This document shows positions 51,164 through 59,905 of a stretch of 64,000 nt of DNA, piece by piece. The stretch is taken from the NCBI GenBank assembly GCA_963808625.1, contig CAWEHK010000029.1:160001-224000 (forward strand). Reading direction: 5' to 3'. This stretch comes from an uncultured delta proteobacterium. Lineage in GTDB: Bacteria > Desulfobacterota > Syntrophobacteria > Syntrophobacterales > Syntrophobacteraceae. The number at the start of each line of letters is the position of its first letter. Position 1 is the first letter of the stretch. Under the pieces are notes generated by a model, which searched no databases, had not been told where the DNA came from, and was given only the letters and a program-made list of their open reading frames with translations. The translations under genes were made by a program, and so were the position numbers.

Positions 51164-52304
51164 TTATCCTTTACTCCTCACCGCCCTAAGCACTCCGTTT
51201 GCAAAATTCTCCACCATCTGCTCCAGCGTGTACTTCTTGGCATCTTCCATGGCCTGCCCAGCTACCTGACGCCTCAAGGCATCATCCGTGAACAGCTTGC
51301 CGGCGCAGGCAACGTATTCATCCAACCGGTTTGCCGTCATGAATCCATTTCGGCCATTTTCGAGATAAGCGATCTCAGGCGAATGGATTTTGCAGTCGGT
51401 AGTGAGCATGGGGATGCCGAGGGCGAGGCTGTCGATGATATTGAGCCCGACCATCCCGGGGTTCAGCATCACCTTTCCCAGGCGGCAGTAAAGCGCTTTT
51501 TCGCGGTCGTGCCTCGCTCCCACCCAGTGCACCCAGGGCCTGTTCACGGCGAACTTCCGAACATCGCCTCGCAGGGCCCCATCGCCAACGATTACCAGTT
51601 CGAAGCCGGCATCCTGTTCCCGCATCTTTTCGGCAGCCTCAAAGAGGAACGGCAAGCGACGCTCCTTGCTGAGGCTCCCCAGAAAGACCGCCACGTGATC
51701 TCCCCTGATCTTCAGTCTGCTCCTCAGTGCCTCCAATTCGTCGTGCCGGATGCTTTCCTTCCAGGCTGCCAGTTCCGTCACATCAATGGTATTGTTGAGG
51801 CAGATCACTCGCTCCCGAGGAAACCCTCCGGCCGCAACACCGTCAACGGAAAGGGAAGTGTAGGCGAAATACCAATCCACCTGCCTTACCATCCATGACC
51901 TGAGCGCATTTTCTATACATTCCGCGAACGGTCTACGCAAGCTTGGTCCATGGCCAAACAAGGCAAAATGGTGTCGGTCCGGGAAGCGTCTCTTGAGGCT
52001 CAAAAAAATGGGGAGAAAGCGGTTTTCATGAGGCACAATGAGCAAATGTGCGCCGCGTGTGACCTCGACGGGGACATTGGCGAGATAGAGGTCCGAACGC
52101 CTGAACCAGCGCAGACTGAACCCCGGAAGCTGCTTTCCGTGGGGAAGATATCCTTCATCTTTTCGCTTTAAGTCCACCCCCGAGGATTTCCCGTAAAGCA
52201 CCAGGAACTCCACATTCATCTCCGTGGAGCCGCTCCCGAAGAAGCTCGAAAAAACGGACCCGATATTTCGGCACGCGCCGTTGCAGCAGGAGCACCTTTT
52301 TCAT
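51164..52304 (-). CDS. GT4 glycosyltransferase (frameshift ~52222)
   Basis: MKKVLLLQRRVPKYR N-terminus; NNTID, LNPGMVGL, HSPEIAYL. Confidence 0.85.
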
Positions 52305-52347
52305 CACTGCGAAACGCCCCTGTTCTTCCCTTGCACCGTTCTTGTCG

Positions 52348-52475
52348 TTTTCACTTATCTATTCTTCCCCTTTACCCTTCACTTTTCACTTTTCACTTTT
52401 CCCCTCTCACTCTCATCTCATCAACTATCAACCATCAACCCTCAACCATCAACCATCAACCATCAACCATCAACT
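52348..52475. repeat. heptamer arrays (TTTTCAC)n and (CCATCAA)n
   Basis: Seen directly in the sequence. Confidence 0.9.
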
Positions 52476-53680
52476 TCAATACACCCGAATATGCCCCTCC
52501 CACAGGCGCACGGCGAGGCGCGACAGGACGCCGGCCGGCTCGCGGCGGGGCAGGGCCGCAGCCGCAAGGACTCCTTGATTGAACCGGTCGAGGCCCCATT
52601 CCGCAATGATCTCGCAGGAACGCTCTCCCATCGCTTGCAGTTGCTCTTGCGGGAGGCTCGACAGCCGCTCCATGAGGACGGTAAGGGCGTTGCCGTCGCC
52701 GGGGGCAAAGGTCCAGCCGTTTTGATCCGGTCGTACCAGGGTTGCAGCGCACCCGCAGCCGCGGCTTACCAGGACCGGCAGACCGGATGCCATCCCCTCG
52801 TTCACGACCAACCCCCACGGATCGCTGTCGCTGGGAACAACAAGGCCCCCGGCAAGGGCATAGAAGACACACAGATCGGCCCCGAATCGAGGTCCGGCAA
52901 AATGGATTCCGGGGTATCCCAGGGTAGAGTTTCAGGGCCCGGGCCTCGTCCTTGCTCCCCCCGACGAGCACCAGTCCCCAGGCGCCCCTTCCAGCCTTTT
53001 CGGCGTAAGCCTGATAGGAGCTGACCAGCATTTCGAGGCCTTTGCGCGGCAAGAAGCGGCCGACGAAAAGGAAGTACTTTTCCGGCAGGTCATGGGCCTT
53101 TCGGACCTGTTCAGCCTGCGTGCGGGCTGCCGCGGCGTGTTCGGCAAAAAACGCATTGTCGACGGCATCCACCCCGAAAATGATCCGCTCCTCAGGAAAC
53201 CCGAGTCTCACAAAATGCCCGGCATGCGACGGCGCCGGCACCAACACCGCATCGCATTCCTGGTGGATGAGCTTCTTCACGCCCTTGATAATGGCGCCTC
53301 TTCGGTCTGTGTGTTCCCAGGCATCGTCCATCAAGACCAGACGCTTGCCGCTGTCGATGCGATAGCGAATGGCCGCCATTCCTTCGGGAAAGGGAGTTGC
53401 CGGGGCAAAAACGAGATCCGGACCGAGTTTGGCCAGGAGCGAAGTAACCCGGCGATGAATTTCCCGCACCCGAAGGGAATGGTAGGTTATGCCAGGGAAA
53501 GCAACAGATGGCCTCGAAGGAGGAAGTGCGATCGGTTTCAGGGAAACCGTAGGAAACATCCTGGCTGGCGACTTCAATCGCGGTCAGGCGATGCCCGAGA
53601 TCCGCCAGACACCGGTGAAGCCGCTGGATTCGTGCAACATGATAGGGAAGAAAGCGCTGCCAAATGATGGCGATGTGCAT
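52476..53680 (-). CDS. GT4 glycosyltransferase with several frameshifts
   Basis: MHIAIIWQRFLPYH; VDNAFF; FLFVGRFLPRKG; VVNEGMASGLPV. Confidence 0.82.
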
Positions 53681-53855
53681 CGGTCTTTCAACGATTTCCG
53701 TGTTAGGCTGATTTCTGGAGCTCAAGGGCCTCCACCCTTACAAAGAGGGCTTTCCAGAGACTGTCATACCCAATGGCACGAACCTGCCTTTCCCTCTTCG
53801 TTCCTTGACAGTATCCTGCAATAGTGTGACGATTTGAAACACTGGAGGGGTGATA

Positions 53856-53918
53856 TGAAACCACAGAGAAACACCCGGACCGTGCGTCGCAGTGTGGCCC
53901 TGCCCGAGGAACTAGACC
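53856..53918 (+). pseudogene. truncated RHH-type antitoxin-like fragment
   Basis: GGAGG RBS, then MKPQRNTRTVRRSVALPEEL, after which similarity is lost. Confidence 0.4.
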
Positions 53919-53947
53919 TGACCCCTGACTCCACTTCCTTCTCCTCC

Positions 53948-54311
53948 TCAACGGTCCACAAAATCTGCTTTCTTGAGTCCGCTCTGCCTAAGTATCGGAC
54001 TGGAAAGTGCCCATTGGGATCTCGGTTCTTGGGTGGGGCACGATGGCAACCCTGGGCCCTTTCCTAAATTTTTTGTGGCTGCCCTTCTGGGAGACAAGTG
54101 AGAACCCGGCGCTCATCAATATGCGGATAATGTGGTGGGAGGAATAAAGCTTAGTACAGCACCGCACAATAAAGTGACCATATCCCAGGGGCGTCATTCC
54201 GGCAGGTTTTTAGCCGGAATCCACAAGCGTTTACTGGATACCGGCTAAAAGCATGCCGGTATGACGAAGGGGAATTCGGACACTCATTTGTGCGGTGCTG
54301 TACTTAGGCAT
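53948..54311 (-). pseudogene. hicA: HicA toxin interrupted by a MITE after codon 2-3, plus a 3' frameshift
   Basis: Removing the element gives MPKLYSSHHIIRIL..GF..VSQKGSHKKF..VPHP..IPMGTF(QSILRQSGL). Confidence 0.88.
54154..54303. mobile_element. GTAC-ended MITE family, copy 6, with a perfect TTA target duplication
   Basis: 16 bp TIR gtacagcaccgcacaa / ttgtgcggtgctgtac; TTA at 54151-53 and 54304-06. Confidence 0.95.
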
Positions 54312-54516
54312 TTACGACGGCTTCGCCGAGGAGAGTGTCGCCAATGACGCGATAATGTTCCTTCTCAGAGGGTTCCTCGAAATAGAGCTCCAAGGCTTCT
54401 TTCAGGTTGACAACGGCATCTTCAATGCTCTCTCCAAAGCTCGAAACATCGACGTTGAGGCATTGGGAAACATAGTACTTCCCTTCCTTGTAGATAACGT
54501 ACTTAACTGATCTCAT
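54304..54516 (-). CDS. hicB: HicB family antitoxin
   Basis: YVSQCLNVDVSSFGESIEDAVVNLKEALELY. Confidence 0.92.
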   Translation of the reverse strand: MRSVKYVIYKEGKYYVSQCLNVDVSSFGESIEDAVVNLKEALELYFEEPSEKEHYRVIGDTLLGEAVVNA

Positions 54517-54579
54517 AAGCAGACTTATACCTCCCCACTTCCTATGTTCACTGGCCTCCATCTGAAGATAGGCGCCTAT

Positions 54580-54614
54580 GCCCTTCACCTTTCACTCTTC
54601 ACTCTTCACCCTTC
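54580..54614. repeat. heptamer array (CTTCACT/CTTCACC)n; a similar one lies at 46280-46320
   Basis: Seen directly in the sequence. Confidence 0.8.
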
Positions 54615-55480
54615 TATGGCTTGAGCAATGGCGGTCTTGAATTCATCCAGGGATTGAACGATGGCGCTCTTCCGGCGCAGGGCCTTGAGTACGGCAAGTT
54701 GTTCGATGGTATTGACAATTTTAGCAACACCAGTAGGAACAACGCCAAAGCGCACTTCGAGGTTATCGAAAATGGACTCTCTGGCATCCTGTAAAAATCC
54801 CTGCTGCAAGCCTTCCTGCAATCCCTGCTGCAAGCCTTCTTGTTTTATCAGATCATAAGCGGCTGATTCGATCATAAGGTCCCTCCTTCTGGAAACGAGC
54901 AATTGAGACAGCTCGGTTGAGACCATCCCGGAAAATATCGTCATCACAGTCAGCATATCGGATTTATCTGATCGCGGCAACGGACTCTGGTAAAGAAGCT
55001 GATCCGCTATGGCGGTCAACTCTTGCCCGTTTTTCATGAGCGGTACAAAGGGCAGCAGGCAAATGACCTGCTGGTCGATAATTTCCCGAGCATCCAGATC
55101 ATACACCCGTACTACCCGGTAACAGTACTTCACTTCTTTATCGACGTAGCGTTCGGCTACGGCAGGGGAGGGCCGCAGCAGCAGAATGCAGGAGATGACT
55201 TCCACATCGTGTCTGAGGAGATGCCGGGTGCGGTAGTCGAGCAGGCGCAAAGGAAGATGCCGCTCCCAACTGCTCTGAATCTCGATCAGAACCAGCAATC
55301 GGCAGCCATCTTGATGCGGTCACCAGGATAGGAAAGTCGCTACGCTTGACACTGACAGTCTCCTGGGGCAGTTCCTCCAGGATCGTGCTCTCATGCACCG
55401 GATCCGATCCCGAGAAAGCGCTGCAGAATTTCCCCGCGGCACTTCTCCATGAGCACTTTAGACGCAATGTCATAATGCAC
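54606..55480 (-). CDS. Rpn/YhgA-like PD-(D/E)XK protein (frameshifted)
   Basis: HYDIASK.., RSDF, LIEIQS, LRLLDY, LLPFVPLM, EGLQQGLQEG repeats, LEVRFG. Confidence 0.8.
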
Positions 55481-55559
55481 GACTCAGATTTACCCTCCTC
55501 ACAACATCGCTCTTCAACGGTTCGCCGCTCTTCTCGCTCGCTACAACAATCTCTTACCC

Positions 55560-56278
55560 TCCACCCTTCGCGCTTCCTGCAAAGTGAAGAAACGTATGCT
55601 TGTCTGTTATACTCAGACGATAAGTGGCAGATTCCGTGTGATGAAGCCGAGTCTTCCTTAAGCACAGCCGATTGGCCCTCGACATCGACTAAAATGATCG
55701 TGGGGTGAGAGGAATCGGCCAACTCATTGTCAAGCGTTGTTGCCGGTACCAAAGCGCCGCCGTCATCGGCATGAACCTTGGCTCCCATGGGACGCAGTGG
55801 GGGCTCTCCTGTCGATGGTAAACAGTATCGGCGCCGCAGTGTCACTACACGCCTTGTTAACCACTTTGATCCTGTCATGATCGCCGTTCTCGCGTGCAGA
55901 CCGCCGAATGGCTTCTGCGGCCTCGGGAATGGGCTCAATTGCAACGATTCTGACGACCCCGGGACAGGCGGCAGCGACATTGACAAACTCACCAACATTT
56001 GCGCCTACATCGACAAATTGCATCTTCAGCGAGCGTGGCGCCGTAGCGAAAACGGTTTTTAAAAACAGCTTCGTCTCCGGTTCGTTGGACACCCCGATGA
56101 CCAGTAGTCCATAGGCGCGCCCAATCCGATGATCGAAGAAAAGACTCCACCCTTCCAGCGCCAGCAGCCTGTCCTTCTTGAGGAGCGACAGAGCAAACCC
56201 CAAGCCCTTGAGATTGCTCCCGAATCTGCGCTTCATAAAGACATAGAGATGGCAGTAGACCTTCACCAGCCAGATCAT
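55560..56278 (-). pseudogene. FkbM family methyltransferase with a degraded/truncated 3' end
   Basis: NEPET, FVDVGANVG, IEP, TTLD, VDVEG spread over shifting frames. Confidence 0.8.
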
Positions 56279-56363
56279 CTCAAGTCCATATCCACATTAG
56301 GGTTACGCGCGTATTGCAAATGCCGGCTACCGTGCCTTTGGGCGACGAATGTCAATGCACCGA

Positions 56364-56505
56364 GTACAGCTCCAGAATAAAGTGTCCGAAATACTGCACG
56401 TCATACTCAAATGCTTTTGACGGGAATCCGTAAGAAAAGCCTGGATGCCCGCCTTCGCGGGCACTGACGGTTGGATATTGGACACCCGTCTATGTGAATC
56501 TGCAC
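56364..56505. mobile_element. GTAC-ended MITE family, copy 7 (degenerate)
   Basis: gtacagctccagaataaagtgtcc..ggacacc..gcac. Confidence 0.75.
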
Positions 56506-56630
56506 TCAGTCGCCACTTACGTTGTCATAGTATCGATTGAGGACCAAATCAGTTCTTCCACCCTCCGACCTCCTTACAAGGGGAGAGCATTGAAGGCTCC
56601 AGCCTCCAGCGCAAGCTTTGCCTCACCCGT

Positions 56631-57002
56631 TCAGCCGCTTCTGGACAAGAAAAACAGACCCAGGCAGATGATCGCTATGCCCAATACTCTATTGAAGGAG
56701 AGGTTCTCCCCGAGAAACAAATAACCCAGGCATGCCACCAGGACATACCCGACGCTCAGAAAGGGATAGGCAAAGCTTACCTCAACCCGCGACAGCACTG
56801 CAAGCCAGAGGGCGATGCTGAGCACGTAGCAGAGCATGCCCAGGGCAATAAAGGGATTGAAGACCACTCTGGGCAATACGCTCACGATATTGCCGGCGGA
56901 AAACTGGAACTGGCCGACCACCGTCATGCCTTTCTTGAGGCACAACTGGGCGATGGCGTTGAGCGAGACGCTGGTGAGAATAAGCGGAACATGCAGAACC
57001 AT
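56631..57002 (-). CDS. ArnE/ArnF-like small EamA flippase
   Basis: 4 TMs; AQLCLKKG, SFAYPFLS, LFLGE. Confidence 0.85.
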   Translation of the reverse strand: MVLHVPLILTSVSLNAIAQLCLKKGMTVVGQFQFSAGNIVSVLPRVVFNPFIALGMLCYVLSIALWLAVLSRVEVSFAYPFLSVGYVLVACLGYLFLGENLSFNRVLGIAIICLGLFFLSRSG

Positions 57003-57029
57003 CGTAGAATCCTGACAGCTGCTCGGCAG

Positions 57030-57956
57030 CTAACAATATTGGTTGATGACGGTATCGATGGCGTCTTCGATCCGGTGGGACGGTGCAAAGCCAAGATCAT
57101 TGCGAATCCTGGCCGTGTCCGCCACCGAGTAGCGCAGCTCTTCGGCCCTTTCCGGCCCATAGACCGGCTTGACCTGGGGATTGATTTTCCGGCACAGCAG
57201 GGCCGCGATGCGGTTTACCGACGTTCCAACCCCGGTCCCGACGTTGTAGATGCCGTCATGCACCTCGGTGCGCAGGGCTAGCAGATTGGCCTGCACCAGG
57301 TCCTTGACATAGATAAAATCGCGGACCTGCTCGCCGTCGCCGAAAATGATCGGCGGCTCACCCTTCAGCAGCCGATTGACGAAGATGGTGATGACCCCGA
57401 CGTATGGTGTGAACGATTGGTTCTCCCCGTAGGTGTTGAAGTATCTGAGGGCAATGGTATCCATGCCGTTGGCTTTGCCGAGCAGCGACAGATAGCGCTC
57501 GGAAGCGAGCTTGGCGATGCCGTAAGGGGAGGTTGGCGCGGTTTGAAACGCCTCCGAGGCGGCAATTCCTCCCGGACTGTCGGCGTAAACCGCCATCGAC
57601 GAAGCGAACACCATCTTTTTTACCCCGGCATGGATGGCTGCCCGCATCACGTTGAGGGTCCCCATGATATTGGTTTCGGCATCGGCATAAAAATTCGCCA
57701 CCGATTCCCGGATGGAGACGATGGCGGCCTCATGAAAGATTACGTCCACGCCGTCGGAAACGATCGCATCCACCAGGTCATGATCAAGCACGTCGCCGAC
57801 CACCAGCCGCGCGCCGGCTGGAATGTTCTCGGCCCGACCCATGGAAAGGTTGTCCAGGGCAACGACCTCGATGCCTTCCTCCAGCAACCCGGCGCAAAGA
57901 TGGGAGCCGATGAAGCCGGCCCCTCCCGTCACCAGGGCTTTTCGATATCGTTTCAT
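57030..57956 (-). CDS. NAD-dependent epimerase/dehydratase (GalE-like)
   Basis: TGGAGFIGSH, YGIAK, LRYFNTYG, RDFIYV. Confidence 0.93.
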   Translation of the reverse strand: MKRYRKALVTGGAGFIGSHLCAGLLEEGIEVVALDNLSMGRAENIPAGARLVVGDVLDHDLVDAIVSDGVDVIFHEAAIVSIRESVANFYADAETNIMGTLNVMRAAIHAGVKKMVFASSMAVYADSPGGIAASEAFQTAPTSPYGIAKLASERYLSLLGKANGMDTIALRYFNTYGENQSFTPYVGVITIFVNRLLKGEPPIIFGDGEQVRDFIYVKDLVQANLLALRTEVHDGIYNVGTGVGTSVNRIAALLCRKINPQVKPVYGPERAEELRYSVADTARIRNDLGFAPSHRIEDAIDTVINQYC

Positions 57957-57966
57957 GCTCGCTCTT

Positions 57967-58902
57967 TCATCCCTGACAGGGAATGATGCGATCCGCGGTC
58001 AGGATGGTATTCACGTAACTCTTGCCCGGCTCAACCACAACCCCGTCAAACACCACGCAGTTTTCGAGGGAAGCCCCCGCACCAATCTGTGCGTCGTGGC
58101 CGATCACGCAGTTGCGCACCACGGCCGTCCCATTCATAGCGACATTATCCCCGACGATGCGGTCGCACTGCTGCCGTTGGATCTCATAGAGATTCAATTC
58201 CAGGAGATCATGGGGATAGGTCAAGTTCATGTCCTCAGCGATGACGTTCATGCTCTTCACCTTGGCCCCGTCGTCGATGAGGATCTGGATGGCGTCGGTG
58301 ATCTCGTATTCGTCCCTCATGGCGGTCCTTGGCGTCCGGCGGATGGCGTCGAAAACCTGCGGGCTGAACAGGTAAATGCCGCAGCCCTTGAGATTGTTCT
58401 GGGGATACTGCGGCTTTTCGATGACGCGGCGCACAAACCCGTCCCCATCCAGAATGACGGCAAAATTCCGCTTGATCTTCTCCACATCGTTTTCCAATTT
58501 GGTGGCCAGCACCCCCTGGAGCCCCTCCTGCACCATCGTTTCGACCATGCTGCCAAGGGCATCCGTGACGAAATAGATATCGCCCAGGAAAAGCATGAAC
58601 GGCGACGAAATGGAGCCCTCGAGTGTGCCCACCGCATGAGCGATCCCGAGGGTCGTTTTCTGTTCGACGTATTGGATGTCCACTCCGAATTCGCTCCCCC
58701 GGCCGATTTTTCTTACAATTTCATACCCGAGATGGCCGATCACCACGATCACTTTCCTGATGCCGATGGCGGCCATGAGCTCGATCTGGTACTGCATCAG
58801 GGGCTTGTTGGCAATAGGAAGGAGGGGCTTGGGATAGCTTTCGCTGAAGGGGAAAATGCGCGTCCCTTTTCCCGCCGCAAGAATAACACCAACCAAATCC
58901 AT
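57967..58902 (-). CDS. sugar-phosphate nucleotidyltransferase (RmlA-like)
   Basis: ILAAGKGTR, PKPLLP, LGD, EKP, EYEITD. Confidence 0.92.
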   Translation of the reverse strand: MDLVGVILAAGKGTRIFPFSESYPKPLLPIANKPLMQYQIELMAAIGIRKVIVVIGHLGYEIVRKIGRGSEFGVDIQYVEQKTTLGIAHAVGTLEGSISSPFMLFLGDIYFVTDALGSMVETMVQEGLQGVLATKLENDVEKIKRNFAVILDGDGFVRRVIEKPQYPQNNLKGCGIYLFSPQVFDAIRRTPRTAMRDEYEITDAIQILIDDGAKVKSMNVIAEDMNLTYPHDLLELNLYEIQRQQCDRIVGDNVAMNGTAVVRNCVIGHDAQIGAGASLENCVVFDGVVVEPGKSYVNTILTADRIIPCQG

Positions 58903-58910
58903 GCGATCTC

Positions 58911-59657
58911 CTATAGTGAGTGAATTACCTTGGTTCTATACAGATAAATTTTGAACTTCAAATAGACGAGAAACTTGAGAAAATTGATGCTGGTCTGAAA
59001 CGGTTTCAGCTTGGAGAGTCCGCCCACCCGTTCGAGGTGCGTCACCCGGCCTTCGCCAATCCTTGCGCCGAGCCTGTTGAGTTTGATCAAGGTTTCGGTG
59101 GGGGCCGGATATCCGCGAGCTTCGATGTTCACCTGGCGGAGAAAGTCGCCCTTGACCACCTTGAGCGCGCAGTTCGTGTCCCGATACTTGATGCCGAACA
59201 GGGCACGGACGATGACATTAAGAGCGCGATCGGCAAAGACGCGAAAGAGGGTGTCCTGCTTCTTGCCCCGGTAGCCGGTCACCCCGTCCAGGTCTTCGGC
59301 GAGCGCCTGCGTCAGCAGCGGGATGCTGTCTTTCAAATCAAACTGGCCGTCGGAGTCGATTGTGACCACCCACTGTCCGCAGGAATTTCTTATCGCCGAA
59401 GACAAAGCCCTGCCGTAGCCCCCGTTTTGTTTGTGCGCCACAACCCTGAGTCTTGGTATCTTTTCTTGGAGGCCCTGTAAAATACCAGCAGTCTTATCGG
59501 TCGACCCGTCATTGGTGATCACGATCTCGCCGTCGATCTCGGCCGATTTAAATACCTCATCCCAATAAGTCAGGACCCTTTCGATGTTGTCTTCCTCGTT
59601 GAACACGGGTGCGGTAACTGACAGAAGAGGTTGGTTGCGATCATTGCCCAGGGCCAT
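58911..59657 (-). CDS. GT2 polyprenyl-phosphate glycosyltransferase (ArnC/DPM1-like)
   Basis: PVFNEE, NDGSTD, GYGRA, DSDGQF, DTNCA. Confidence 0.9.
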   Translation of the reverse strand: MALGNDRNQPLLSVTAPVFNEEDNIERVLTYWDEVFKSAEIDGEIVITNDGSTDKTAGILQGLQEKIPRLRVVAHKQNGGYGRALSSAIRNSCGQWVVTIDSDGQFDLKDSIPLLTQALAEDLDGVTGYRGKKQDTLFRVFADRALNVIVRALFGIKYRDTNCALKVVKGDFLRQVNIEARGYPAPTETLIKLNRLGARIGEGRVTHLERVGGLSKLKPFQTSINFLKFLVYLKFKIYLYRTKVIHSL

Positions 59658-59692
59658 TCACTTGAGTCCTTTGCTGGCAGCTAAAGAAGCGT

Positions 59693-59905
59693 TCACGCGG
59701 CAAGAAGCTTATTCTTCATTTGGTCGAGCACATCCTTAAACACTGCTGATGCCTTGAAGACTTCCAAGCCTATCACCCTTCCAAATCGGTCAAGCTCCAT
59801 GTTTACACCGGGCGCAATCTCAACGAACTCCTCTTCCTCGCCCTTCTTTGCAAGGCAGAGAATATCTTCTTCCTCATCATAGAATATCTTGAAAGCCTCA
59901 TTCAT
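59693..59905 (-). CDS. DUF2283 protein
   Basis: YDEEEDIL..GRVIGLEV..AS. Confidence 0.85.
   Translation of the reverse strand: MNEAFKIFYDEEEDILCLAKKGEEEEFVEIAPGVNMELDRFGRVIGLEVFKASAVFKDVLDQMKNKLLAA

Noticed and set aside
49894..51565. DGR template/variable repeat pair (suggested by Avd-like four-helix-bundle genes nearby)
   Set aside because: The 16 mismatches are not adenine-specific on either strand, and there is no reverse transcriptase in the window.
46002..55480. Classical integron cassette array
   Set aside because: No intI, and I could not identify attC sites with R/L boxes between the modules.
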